Shown here in pieces: positions 23,564 to 35,639 of a stretch of DNA of 64,000 bases. Each line of letters starts with the position of its first letter. The stretch's first letter is position 1. This stretch comes from Elsinoe ampelina (Eukaryota), in contig ML992502.1 of NCBI GenBank assembly GCA_010093995.1, positions 382,760-446,759 on the forward strand, written 5' to 3'. The notes beneath the pieces were generated by a model. The model made no database searches, had not been told where the DNA came from, and saw only the letters and a program-made list of their open reading frames with translations. Made by a program: the position numbers and the translations under genes.

Positions 23564-26122
23564 ATGGATGGTGTAGAGGACACAAAGTCCAACGACAAAT
23601 TCGCTGGAGTGGCCGACAAGCTCAACGCGCCCAAAAAGCTCAGTCAATTCGAAAAAGCAAGACAAGAGGCAGAGCAGAAGCGTCAACGTGAAGCTGCAGA
23701 AGCTGCCGAGGCACTGCGTGAATTCGAGGACTCATTCGCTGCCGACGATGACGAGAAAAGACGATCGAGCTTCGGGCGACCGCCTGCTGGCCCTGGGGGG
23801 AGAGTGCACCAGAAGGCAGACTATGAGGATGAATCGGAAGATGACCTGGCTGGGATAGTTGCACGAGGTCAGGGAGGATATAGGCAAGCGGCCCGCGACT
23901 CTGCTCATTCGTCGAGATGGTCAAGGGATGGACCGCCACGCGGTCAGTCAGCCAGAGACCTGAGCGACCCATCTGCGCCTCCGAGTCTGAAGAGGAAGAG
24001 AGAACTAGAAGAGATGGCGGCTAGACGCAAGGGAGGTGACGACAGAGGATACTCGGATTCGCACCGGTATGCGCATGGTCAGCGGCACATCACAAGCCAG
24101 CTTGGTGACAGTGACGGATGGTCAAGCAGGAACAGGACTGAGAGAGATCGATCACCCGAGGACGATCCGGCTGTTCGGCGACCTACGATGCTTTTACAAT
24201 CGCTCCCTCGAAGCACAACAGACGAAGACATTCGAAAGATCCTGCCCAACTCTTTGAAGGTCGAGGATATCAAATTTCTTTCGCAGTCAGCCGACCACTC
24301 CCTGGCGGCCTTGGTGATTACTCACACATCCACTCCTGTCAGCGAGATTAATGCTATTGTTTCCTCGCTTCAGAACCACTATCTCGGTTTCGGTCACTAT
24401 CTCAACATTACTCGACATGTATCTACCACGTCCGCGGCGCCAGTCCTAGATCCTTCGTTATCCCTACACTCCAAGAACCCTTTCGGTGCAACTGCACTGC
24501 AATCTGCCGATCCACTCTCTTTCGACTCCCGATCGTCACTCTCGCGAGCACCTCCGCCGGATTCGTTCAATCTTTCTAGTGGATCTCGTCCTGGTGTCAG
24601 GCCGAACAATCTCCTGCAAGTGACAGTCACGCCTCCATCCGACATTAAGCTTCTCAAGCTCATCCACTCAACAGCAGAGAAGCTGGTCTTATACGGTTCT
24701 ACATTCGAAGCTGTGCTAATGTCCCGTCCCTCGGTCCAGCACGACGAAAAGTGGGCATGGCTGTTTGATTCATCGTCCAAGGCAGGAGTCTACTACCGTT
24801 GGCTTGTCTGGAGGTGGGCATCTTCCAATTCTCCGAATGTCAAGCGTGACCTAGGCGCGTTAGGCGAAGAGAAAATCTTCTCGTCAGGACCCCTCTGGAT
24901 GCCACCCGAGCAGCAGCCCAAATATCAGGATGTGGTTGAAATTGAAGACTTGACGGTACATGCGGATTATGTTTCTTCATCCGAAGATGAGGGAGAAGAA
25001 GATCATGGGACCAAGAACGCCGCTGGAGGAAAGATGTTGACTCTTGAGGAGGCAGGAGGGGATAACACCTTTGATGGATCCGCGAAATATCTGAATCCTT
25101 ATCGACGAGCAAAGCTGGTTTGGTTGTTGAAGAGGCTGCCAGATAACATGGCTGTCTTGCGGGCTGGAGATATTGCGAGGGTTACCAATTTCGTGGTGGC
25201 TAATGCTGGCAATGGTGCAGAAGAGGTTGTGGATCTGTTACTGTGTAACGTGGAGAAGCCGTTCTACTACATTGTCAAGTACGAAGATGACAAGGATGAT
25301 GAAGAAGACGGAAAGACGGACATGAGTGGCGGTCAACTCATCGGTCTGTACGTAATCTCCGACGTCCTGCTGGCTTCAGCTACAAGTGGCGTCCGGGATG
25401 CTTGGAAATACAGAGCACTCTTCGAAGCAGCATTGAAAGACAGGAAAATCTTTGAACATCTCGGCAGGCTTGAGCGAGAAAATGGTTGGGGCAAGATGAA
25501 GGGGGAGCAATGGAAGAGGAAGATCAGTGTCATTCTCGAACTGTGGTACAGTGCGAACGTCTTCACTAGCGATTCACAGAAGCTATTGAAGCAGCGATTC
25601 CTTGAGCCGCCACTGTCGAAGGAGGAACAGGACCAGAAGGAAGCGGAGGACAGGAAGGAGCGCGAGGATAGAGAGCGCGAACGATGGAGGACTGCAGGGC
25701 AGGACAGTACTACCAACGATGTCGAGGGCTCCGCGACGACCGCCGGGGGTGACAAAGCGGCCGAGGCTATGAAGAAGATAGCAGCCATGAAAGCGAGGCT
25801 AGCTGCAGGGAAATCAGCAGACGGCGATATGGAGATGCAAGACAGGTCAATGACGCCGCAGGGCGAGACCACGGCCGCTCCTGGACGACGAGTCAGACCG
25901 ACTGCAGCCGATCTGATTGACGCCCCTGCTGAGCCAGAGCCTGCTCCGCCGAAGCCTGCAGGCTTTGGTGGATTCTCCCTATCGTTGGGTCAAGCGCAGT
26001 CGACTCAGAGTAATCCAGCAGCGCCTTCTGGTGGCATGAGCTTCTCCATGAGCGCCGCACCCAAGTCAGCCAGCAAAGCCAGCAAGGGTGGGAACATGTT
26101 TGCTGATTCTGATGAGGAGTGA
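23564..26122 (+). CDS. U2 snRNP-associated SURP-motif protein-like (RRM-like, SURP and CID regions)
   Basis: KKLSQFEK N-terminus, SURP-like LIHSTAEKLV..GSTFEAVLM..WAWLFD..GVYYRW, and CID-like LIGLYVISDVL..AWKYR. Confidence 0.75.
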   Translation: MDGVEDTKSNDKFAGVADKLNAPKKLSQFEKARQEAEQKRQREAAEAAEALREFEDSFAADDDEKRRSSFGRPPAGPGGRVHQKADYEDESEDDLAGIVARGQGGYRQAARDSAHSSRWSRDGPPRGQSARDLSDPSAPPSLKRKRELEEMAARRKGGDDRGYSDSHRYAHGQRHITSQLGDSDGWSSRNRTERDRSPEDDPAVRRPTMLLQSLPRSTTDEDIRKILPNSLKVEDIKFLSQSADHSLAALVITHTSTPVSEINAIVSSLQNHYLGFGHYLNITRHVSTTSAAPVLDPSLSLHSKNPFGATALQSADPLSFDSRSSLSRAPPPDSFNLSSGSRPGVRPNNLLQVTVTPPSDIKLLKLIHSTAEKLVLYGSTFEAVLMSRPSVQHDEKWAWLFDSSSKAGVYYRWLVWRWASSNSPNVKRDLGALGEEKIFSSGPLWMPPEQQPKYQDVVEIEDLTVHADYVSSSEDEGEEDHGTKNAAGGKMLTLEEAGGDNTFDGSAKYLNPYRRAKLVWLLKRLPDNMAVLRAGDIARVTNFVVANAGNGAEEVVDLLLCNVEKPFYYIVKYEDDKDDEEDGKTDMSGGQLIGLYVISDVLLASATSGVRDAWKYRALFEAALKDRKIFEHLGRLERENGWGKMKGEQWKRKISVILELWYSANVFTSDSQKLLKQRFLEPPLSKEEQDQKEAEDRKEREDRERERWRTAGQDSTTNDVEGSATTAGGDKAAEAMKKIAAMKARLAAGKSADGDMEMQDRSMTPQGETTAAPGRRVRPTAADLIDAPAEPEPAPPKPAGFGGFSLSLGQAQSTQSNPAAPSGGMSFSMSAAPKSASKASKGGNMFADSDEE

Positions 26123-26208
26123 TACCGAGCCTGTCGCATTGAATATAGAAATTGATACCCCTGATGCGTAATGGATCCATCAAGACGTGATGACAATGCT
26201 CTCTCTTT

Positions 26209-27652
26209 TCAAAGCTTGAAGTCTGCTCCTGCTCTCTCCCACCCACCATTTTCGGGACCTCTCGATGCTACTCGATCAACAAGTTTGGCCTTCCTCTCCA
26301 CTGCCTTCTCCGTTACCAGCTCGTACATGGTCGCCAGGTTGAACAAAGTGGCAGAAGTAGGTATGGTTTCATCCACGAGCCTCTCCAGTACCTCCGCTGC
26401 TTCCTCCATGTGACCAGTATAGAGTAGGGCGATAGCATAATTGTTCGCCACCAAAACATCCTTGTCGTCCTTTGCGTGAAGCTCCTTGAACAACGCAGCA
26501 GCACCCTCATAGTCCCCTTCAGCAAACCTAATCAGCCCTCCCAACACCTCCCTACCCTTCCCTCCTTGCATCGACCCCAACAGCCCTTCCGCCCTCCTCA
26601 CATCCCCAATCCTCACATACAACAACCCCAACCTCGCCCTCATCTCATCCCCTGCCTCCCCATCCCCCACCTCCAACTCCTCCAAATGCCTGACCGCAGC
26701 CTCGACCTCCCCCATCCCGATCAACTCCCCCGCCACCCTCACCCCCAAATCGCCCAACCTCGCCCTCCGCACCTCCCTCTCCTCCTCCGTCCCCGCCCCC
26801 GCGAACCTTGCCCTACACTCCCCCGCCAACAAGAACCACCCCATCACCGCCCTCCTCCCACCGTCCTGCGCCCCCACCCCCGCCAATCTCTGCACCAACA
26901 CCCTCAATCCCCACGGCACAACCCCGACCCCCGCCCCCACCTGCCCCGCGCTCGACCCAGGCCTACTCCCCGCTCCCGCCCCTCCCCTCCCTGACCCCGC
27001 GTTGAGCCGAGAGAGGTACTCCCCCAACGGCCGCGCCTCGCCCGCCGCGACGTCCAGGTAGCCACAGACGAGCAAACACGCGAGGCGCACGTGGAACGCG
27101 TGCAGCACGGCTTTGGCGTCCGACGAGGGGACGACGCCCGTGCAGAGGTCCGACGCGGCTTTGATTGCGGCGTGGCGGTAGAAGCCCTTTGCCGTGAGGT
27201 CGGAGAGGGTGGCGTCCTTGGGGGGTTGTTGGTGGGTTGGGTTTAGGAAGGGGGGGAGGAGGGTGGTGGTGGGGAGCGGGGAGTAGAGGTGGGGGCGGAG
27301 GAGGAAGGTGAGGTCTAGTTTCGGCGAGGGGGAGGAGGGGCGGATGGAGGGGGGACGGGAGAGGGAGAGAGGGGGCAGGCGTTGGGAGGAGCCGGTTAGG
27401 GCGCTGAGAGGGGGGGAGAGGAGGGAGGTCGGGGAGAGGGTGGAGGTTGGTGGGGTTGAAGGGGTGGGAGAGGGTGGTGAGGAGGTTGTGGGTGTGGGAG
27501 CGAGAGGGCTGGGGTGGTTAGTGGGGAGGGGTTGAGGGAATGGGGGGAGGGGAGAGGTACTCTTCGTCGTCGAGGGGGCCGCGGGTGGAGCGGCGGACGG
27601 CGGATTGGCGGGCGCTTCGGGTGCGGGTTGGAAGGTCGGACTGGGATGACAT
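26209..27652 (-). CDS. TPR protein, TRAPPC12-like; exons 27652-27561, 27508-26209
   Basis: C-terminal TPRs (VANNYAIALLYTG, LFNLATMYEL, ..DFKL*). The intron joins RRSTRGPLDDE-DPL in frame. Confidence 0.7.
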
Positions 27653-27692
27653 GTTGATCGCGGATGTAGCCTTTGATTACCGATTGGATCGT

Positions 27693-27938
27693 TGAGTCAA
27701 TGAGAGGGTCATTTCTGATGTTGAGTTGTGGTAGGAAGATGGGTGTGACTGGTGGGCTGCTTGGCGGGTGGTTATATAACTTGGTTGCTGCTTTTGGACA
27801 CCTTCATCTCACTAATCCAAAACATCAATTGCTTCTGGTAGTAAATCCGCGGAATCGAATTTCGGACACCGCACCAGAGCGGATCTTCTTGTGAGTAGAC
27901 CCAAGATGACCGATGGCTGCTACGCCGCACTTGACTCA
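27693..27938. promoter_or_regulatory. Two perfect Gcn4/CpcA (CPC-1) elements upstream of GlyRS
   Basis: TGAGTCA at 27693-27699 and TGACTCA at 27932-27938. Confidence 0.55.
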
Positions 27939-28013
27939 TCAAGCGCCGGTCACATCTTGTCAAGATAAGTACATCTTCGTCGCAACTTGGTTTCGTACCT
28001 ACAACTATTATCA

Positions 28014-29958
28014 ATGGGATCCATCACTGATAGAAGTGGCCGACAGTTCGACCGCAAAGCATTCGAATCGCTACTCAAACGACGATTCTTCTTCACAGAG
28101 TCATACCAGATCTACCGCACTGCACCTGGCTGGACAGGTGACAATGGTGGTCTCTTCGACTATGGTCCGCCAGGTACAGCATTACAGAACAATATCGTCC
28201 ACATTTGGAGGAAACATTTTGTGCTCCAGGAAGACATGCTCGAATTGGACTGCAGCATTCTGACGCCCGAGGATGTCCTGAAAACGAGCGGTCACGTTGA
28301 ACGCTTCTCGGACTGGATGTGCAAGGATCCCGTTCGTGGTCAGTATCTTCGAGCTGATCATCTGGTCGAACAGGTCTTCTCGTCACGGCTAAGCAGAGAC
28401 GGCTTGGACGAACCGACCAGGAGAGACTACGAGAACGTACTTGCCCAGATTGACAACTACAGTGGCGACGAGCTCGGGGAATTGATAGAAAAGCATGATA
28501 TACGCAATCCAGCTGGCGACGGTTCGGTCGAACCGCCCATCCCATTCAATCTCATGTTCAAGTCGAGCATAGGTCCTAGCTCAGCAGCACCCATCTACCT
28601 GCGGCCGGAGACTGCACAGTCTCAGTTTCTAAACTTCCGAAAACTACTAGAGTACAACAACAATACGATGCCATTCGCGTCCGCCTCGGTGGGCAAGTCG
28701 TATCGGAATGAGATCTCACCCCGATCAGGCCTGTTGAGAACCCGTGAGTTCCTCATGGCTGAGATTGAGCATTTTGTAGATCCATCTGGTTCGAAGAAGC
28801 ATGAACGGTTCTCCGAGATTGAAGGTATCGAGCTCGTCCTACTTGACCGGGAAAGTCAGATGACACCTACCAGAACCAGAACTGGTCGGCCTATGTCTGT
28901 CCGCGAGGCTGTTCACTCTCGCATCATCGACAATGAAACCTTGGGCTACTTCCTGGCTCGGACATACTTATTCTTGACAAAGATCGGCGTTGACCCAAAG
29001 AAGCTGAGATTCCGACAGCATCTTGCGAATGAGATGGCACACTATGCCAGCGATTGCTGGGATGCAGAGCTTTTGACGACTCATGGCTGGATCGAGTGTG
29101 TTGGTTGCGCGGACAGGAGTGCCTACGACTTGGAGGTGCATTCAAAGAGGACTGGAGAGAAGCTGGTAGTGCAGGAGAGACTGACCGAGCCCATCGAAGT
29201 CGTCCAGTGGGTGGTGAGCCTGAACAAGAAGCTTCTGGGCCAACGTTTCCGCCACCATACCCGTGCAGTCGAGCAAGCTGTCGCTGCGTTGTCTCAAGCC
29301 GAGCTGGAAGCGTCGAGTACAGGCCTAATTGCAGATGACAGGCTCGAGTTGCGCATACAAATCAACGATGTTGAAGAGATGGTGGTTCTATCGTCTGACA
29401 TTCTCACCATCTACAAGGAGACTCGCACCGAATACATGCGAGAATATACGCCCAACGTCATCGAACCATCATTCGGCATCAGTCGAATATTGTACTCGCT
29501 GTTGGAGCACTCGTTCTGGTCCCGGGCAGAAGACTCTGCTCGTTCAGTGAGTGCCGCTAGTGTACTGAAGGCTGAGTGCTGACCCGATGCAGGTACTCTC
29601 CTTGCCCGTCGCCGTCGCACCTATCAAGGTTGCTTTATTGCCGCTGTCGAACCATGATTCGTTCAATCCCTTCGTCAAGCAGGTTGCCCAAGCGTTACGG
29701 AAGCTGAGCATCACGAGTCGCGTGGACGGCTCTAACACCTCGATTGGCAAGCGATATGCTCGGAGCGACGAAGTAGGCACTCCTTACGCAGTCACGGTCG
29801 ATTTTGATACTGTTGAGGACAGCAGCGTCACACTTAGAGAACGGGATAGCACGGAGCAGGTCCGAGGTCCGATCAAAGACATCCTCAAAGTGATTGATGA
29901 CCTGGTGGCCGAGAAGTGCACTTGGGATAGTGTGCGTAGGCGCCTGCTGCCTCTCTAG
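28014..29958 (+). CDS. Glycyl-tRNA synthetase (class II, eukaryotic type), motif-divergent; exons 28014-29546, 29593-29958
   Basis: GLFDYGPPG, LKTSGHV, LRPETAQ, SYRNEISPR, EMAHYA.DCWD, WIECVGCADRS, VIEPSFG and an anticodon-binding domain (SIGKRYARSDE). Confidence 0.93.
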
Positions 29959-30226
29959 ATACCCAGATCTTCAGGTTGTCAGTCACACCTCAGAAAGGCA
30001 AGAATCGTCCAACGGCGCCAGCATCTGGTAGGAATATTAGTATTAATACTACCAGGTTTGACTAGCAAATCTACAAATTTGTTGGTCGTGTTTAAGCAAC
30101 ACGAAGGCCTAGTAGTAATTGTACTGTAAATCCTACCACTAGGCCGAGGCCAATCAAGACCTTTCTGATTTGCCGCTTCATACCCCGCATTTCGTCAAGG
30201 TCCGTTCCAGAGTCTTGGCACTTCCT

Positions 30227-30238
30227 GCCGATCTCGGC
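30227..30238. promoter_or_regulatory. Leu3/LeuB-type site (CCG-N4-CGG) upstream of ILV2
   Basis: GCCGATCTCGGC about 120 bp upstream of the ATG at 30356. Confidence 0.5.
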
Positions 30239-30355
30239 TGGTTTTATTGCGAGTTTCGACTCATTCTTCACCCTCTCCGAGTACCATTGACACATAACCC
30301 TCGACACCTTGCTGGTAGTCGAACACTAGACGCAAACTACTGTCTCAATCACAAC

Positions 30356-32512
30356 ATGTTACACTGTCAGGCCCCTCGCAGGGCGCTGCAATCTCTGCCT
30401 TCACGAACACGACAATTCTCCTCCACCTCAAATCTCGCTGCCGTCTCTCCCTACCGAAATACCACCAAAACTCAATCCTCAAAATCAACGACGAAAGATG
30501 TGTCAAAACGAGATCAAAGCACAGCGGCTGCCACGCAAACAGCTACTCGAGCAGTACCGAGTCCAGCCTTCAATCGCCAGGATACCTCATTCAAGGATGT
30601 CCAACCTCTCACGCCTTTTCGGCAACCAGAAATGGACCATTCGTTCGTGGGGATGAAGGGTGGCGAGATCTTTCACGAGATGATGCTACGGCAGGGTGTC
30701 AAGCACGTGTTTGGTTACCCTGGTGGTGCCATTCTTCCTGTCTTTGACGCCATCTACAACTCCTCACACTTCGACTTCATCCTGCCGCGGCACGAGCAAG
30801 GAGCTGGACACATGGCGGAAGGCTACGCTCGCGCTTCTGGCAAGCCTGGTGTGGTCCTTGTGACGTCCGGACCCGGCGCAACAAACGTTGTGACGCCAAT
30901 GCAAGATGCTCTGATGGACGGCACTCCTATGGTCGTATTCTGCGGACAGGTACCTACCACAGCCATCGGCTCGGATGCTTTCCAAGAGGCGGACATTGTC
31001 GGAATTTCAAGAGCATGCACAAAGTGGAACGTCATGGTGAAGAACATTGCAGAGCTACCTCGACGCATTAATGAGGCGTTCGAGATTGCCATGTCTGGAC
31101 GACCAGGGCCCGTTCTTGTAGATCTTCCCAAGGATGTCACTGGTGGCACTCTCACACGACCGATTCCAATGACCAGCACTCTTCCGACACATCCTTCTGC
31201 TGCGACAATGGCCGCTCGCGAGCTGAGCCGGAAACAGCTGGAGGGCGTAATTGCGCGATCTGCTAGACTGGTGAACATGGCGAAGAAGCCAGTAATCTAT
31301 GCCGGACAAGGTGTTTTGGGACATCCCGATGGCCCGAAGCTCCTCCGCGAGCTTTCTGAGAAGGCCCAGATTCCCGTAACGACCACTCTGCAGGGTCTTG
31401 GAGCGTACGACGAGCTGGATCCGAAGTCTCTGCATATGCTCGGCATGCACGGTTCCGCATTTGCCAATATGGCCATGCAAGAAGCCGATCTCATCCTTGC
31501 CCTTGGTGCACGCTTTGACGATCGTATCACTGGACACGTACCACGCTTTGCCCCACAAGCTCGCATTGCAGCGCAAGAAGGCCGCGGTGGTATCGTCCAC
31601 TTCGATATCCTGCCCAAGAATATCAACAAGGTCGTTCAAGCCACCGAGGCCGTCGAAGGCGATGTAGCCGCCAATCTCTCCCTCCTCCTCCCACAGCTCA
31701 AGACCGTCTCCGAATCATCAAGGAAAGAATGGTTCGACCAGATCGCCGCCTGGAAAGAGCGCTTCCCCTGGGCCTACGAGAAAGAATCCGCCGAACGCCC
31801 CCTTATCAAGCCTCAGACCGTCATCTCTCGCCTCTCCGACCTCACCGCCCCGCGCAAACAAGACACCATTATCTGCACTGGTGTCGGCCAACATCAAATG
31901 TGGGCCGCCCAACACTTCCGCTGGCGCGCACCTCGCTCCATGATCACCTCGGGCGGTCTCGGCACAATGGGATACGGCCTCCCCGCCGCAATCGGCGCCA
32001 AAGTCGCCCAACCCAACAAGTTGGTCGTGGACATTGACGGCGACGCCTCCTTCTCCATGACTCTCACCGAGCTCAGCACGGCCGCAGAGTTCAACATCGG
32101 CGTCAAGATCATCATCCTCAACAACGAGGAGCAAGGTATGGTCACGCAATGGCAGAGTCTGTTCTACAATGATCGTTTCGCGCATACTCATCAACGCAAC
32201 GCGGATTTCGTGAAGCTGGGCGACGCGATGGGCGTGCAAGCCAGACGGTGCGTGAAGCTGGAGGAGCTAGACGAGAGTCTGGAGTGGTTGGTGAATGGGA
32301 GTGGAGAGGGGCCGGCGCTGTTGGAGGTCGTGACGGATCAGAAAGTGCCGGTGCTGCCCATGGTGCCTGGGTGAGTTCACACTGTCTAGTAGTCACGATG
32401 GGGATTTTGTACTGACGTTTGTAGTGGCGCGGCTCTGCACGAGTTTTTGGTGTATGATGAGAAGAAGGAGCAGGCGAGACGGGCGAAGATGAAGGAGAGA
32501 TCGGGCCGGTGA
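30356..32512 (+). CDS. ILV2: Acetolactate synthase catalytic subunit, mitochondrial; exons 30356-32370, 32425-32512
   Basis: FGYPGGAILP, RHEQGAGHMAEGYARA, GVGQHQMWAAQ, the ThDP motif GDASF..NNEEQGMV, and a presequence-like N-terminus. Confidence 0.96.
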
Positions 32513-32868
32513 TTGGGGTTCATCGGTCGGATTTGTTCTTTGTTTGGGAGTGTTGGATCTGTGGGTAATGTTGGGGGATATCAGATTGATTTGTGGCGTT
32601 GGTCGGGCCAAAAGTACTGCGGCAGTGCGATGACATTGAGGCAGACGATGGAAATGTCGGTCGAGGGGAGGTCATTCAACGGTGCCGTACTTCACTGTCA
32701 TTGCGGCGATCTGAAGACGGGCGGTATCCCCAAAATGTACAACGGTAGCAACCGCAACACAATGCTGGAAAGGCAAATGCAATGTCCCAAACAGCAAGTT
32801 GACGGCTCAGCATCATGAAATATTTACGTTGATTCTTCGTACTACCTTGACCTCCCACTACCGATCCC

Positions 32869-33932
32869 CTACCTTCCCTTCTCGGCCTCCAACTCCCTCT
32901 CCGCATTCTGGTAATACTTTGCCGTATCAACACCATGCTGTCATTCGTTAGCGCTGATCCCATGATCCAAATCCCTGCCCAGTCCCTCTCCTTGCCTTCC
33001 CTTCCCTCTCCTCGCCTCCCTGCCTTCTCCATCCCCTCGACCATGATTCGCTGGATAGGACACTCACATAAGGATGATTCACGAAATTGAACCACGGCAA
33101 GATGGCCAGGTTCACCCCGGTGTATCGCGTCTGTCGCGACGCCACGCCCTGCATGTACTCTGACAGACTCGATGTGCCGTACAGCGGCTCGCCCTTTTTG
33201 ACTTTGTCCGTCATTTCGCGCATGTCCAGCTCTACCTCGCGGCGGTTTTCGGTGAAGCCGTAGAAGCGGTCTGAATCATCATTAGTACAAATTTCTTGAT
33301 GGCCGTGTTGTATCCGTCGTTGAGGGGCGCAGGTCTAGTTGCCCCCTGGTTCCTCCTCTTCTGATCCGCCGCCCGTCGTGCGTGTCCAACGGTGCAAACT
33401 CTTCGGCACCATCTTGAGATGGTCATGTGGGAGTGGAAGACGTACTTATACTCCTCGAGTAGAAATAGAGAAACCCCGCTGTCGCGCCGAGGAAGTAGTT
33501 GAGCCTGAGCGGCCCGCGGTGCAGGTTCTTGGGCAGACCGGGGAAGGGCGAGACTCGGTCCATGACGATGAAGGCGGCGGGGACGGCGGCTGCTACGCCG
33601 GCGCCCCAGGCGTAGTCGGAGGGGCGGGCGTAGCGGACCACGCGCTTGAAGTGGCTTTTCGAGGGTTAGCTTGTGTCTGTTTGGGCTTTGCAGATCGAGT
33701 TTGAGAGTCTTCGGGAGTCGGTAAGGAGTCGATGGGTGCGTGCCAAAGAGGGTGGTTGAGAGGATAGCAACATACGGATCATTGTCGATGAGCTGGAGGA
33801 CGTTAGTGGTGGTTCTTTGGCTGTCTGCTGGTGCCGGGTGTGGGAGCTTACAGGGTAGTCTGATGGGAGTTGTTTCGACGGCAGCACTGGCCGCGTCTGC
33901 TGTGGTGTTTCTAAGGGTGGTGCTTCGGACAT
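32869..33932 (-). CDS. NADH:ubiquinone oxidoreductase 21 kDa accessory subunit (NUXM-like); exons 33932-33852, 33792-33776, 33654-33446, 33270-33068, 32937-32869
   Basis: The spliced product contains DYPLIDNDPHFKRVVRYARPSDY..RFYGFTENRREVELDMREM..PLYG.S..PWFNFVNHPYHGVDTAKYY. Confidence 0.9.
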
Positions 33933-34557
33933 GGCTGCAACTGATGTGTGCTCAATCGCTGCACGAGTGCTTCAATCTGTATGCAATTCGGGATGCGAAG
34001 TCAACGAGCTGTTCTTGGCACCGCATGAATCTTGCGGCTCCGGATTAAATCCGCGCGGCGTAATTGGCTCCCGCTTCGTGCGACCGGGTCAGTTGCCACA
34101 CACACTCTCTCTCCTCCTCCATTTCTCACGATCATGCCTCGACCAAAATCTACTCGAGTCATCATGTGAATACTACAAGATTGCTCCGCACTGAACGTCA
34201 TGACCTGCGGCGTCCGGCATTTTCGAAAGTTGCGAGCTGAGGTGAGACGTGTTCGTCCGCTGGACTTTCACCCGCGGGCGGAGGGGAACCCTTTACGCCC
34301 GTAGGATCTGCAACGAGACCGCACCAAGGTTGGTGATGTCTATTCATGCCGTTCTCAATCTCTCCGTTTGGTACGGCCTTTACACGTTTGTCAAATGACT
34401 ATATGAGTACCCTTTTCCACCCTTCTCTAATTGCTCATCCACAACATTTCTATTCGCATCGAGTCAACTGAGTCGACAGAGACATACACAATCAAGAACG
34501 AAATACAACATTATCCAACCACCACTCAACAAGCTGAAAACCACTACAAGATCCGCC

Positions 34558-35510
34558 ATGGCAGAATTCACCCCCCTCTTCAAGCCTACAGACAAACCAC
34601 GATGGCAAAAGCCCAGTGTGCACGCTGTATGTCCCTCATCTCCCCACCACTGATCGCCACTAACAACCCCCAGCTCATGCGCGCCCAATTCAACATCGAA
34701 ACCTTCCTCCTAGTCGGCGCCGTCCTCCAATCCCTCCTCACCCTCGTCCTCCCCCTGCGCCTCGCCTTCCTCCCCGCGGCCCTCTTCCTCCTCGCCAAAA
34801 TCGCCTCGGCCTACGCGGCCAACTACGACCTCCTCCCCAACCCCCACATGCTCGACCAAAACATCACCACCAAATTCTCCGCCCAACTCCCGTCCCCCGA
34901 CGGCTCCTTCGGCTCCACCCCCGCCCGCTCCCCCCTCGCCGTCTTCCTCATCGGCGCCCGCAACAACTCCCCCCTCGGCATCGCAAACCCCAACTTCAAA
35001 GCCATGGGCGACCTCATGGACGGCATGATCAAGGACCTCGAAGCCAACCCCACCGAAACCGGCTTCATGGGCGCAACCAACTGGATGGGCACGGAGCGCA
35101 CGTCCAACGCGACCAACATGAGCGTCATGTACTTCCGCTCCGCGGCCGACGTGCACGCCTTCGCCCACGGACCACTCCATCGCCAGGCCTGGGACTGGTG
35201 GTACAAAAACCTGAAAGCGAATGAGCACTTGAGTATTTTCCACGAACTGTACGAGGTTCCGAGTGGGAATTACGAGAGTGTGTATGCGCAGATGCCGCCG
35301 ACGTTGTTGGCGGCGACGCAGCATCGGGTTGTGGTGGAGGAGGGCGGGAGGAAGAAGGAGGGGTGGGTTTTGCCTGTTGTGGATGCGAGGAAGGGGCAGT
35401 TGAAGAGTTCGAAGGGGAGGATGGCGAGGAGTGAGGGCCGGGAGATGGATGGGTATGGGATTGAGGATATTCATGAGGATGTGAAGGTGGAGACTAGGGA
35501 GGTGGTTTAG
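34558..35510 (+). CDS. DUF4188-family putative monooxygenase; exons 34558-34626, 34674-35510
   Basis: N-terminal TM segment and family-like motifs GARNNSPLG, MYFRS..DVHAFAHGPLHRQAWDWW, IFHELYEVP..YESVY. Confidence 0.78.
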
Positions 35511-35639
35511 GATTCATGGGGAGGATGGAGTGGGTGGGAATCGGTGGTGATTAGCATAGCGTTGTGGGTTTGGGTCGTCACCTTTAGCGTCTGTTGTGAG
35601 ATTGGGGATGGAATTGAATCATACTGTTCTTTTTATCAT

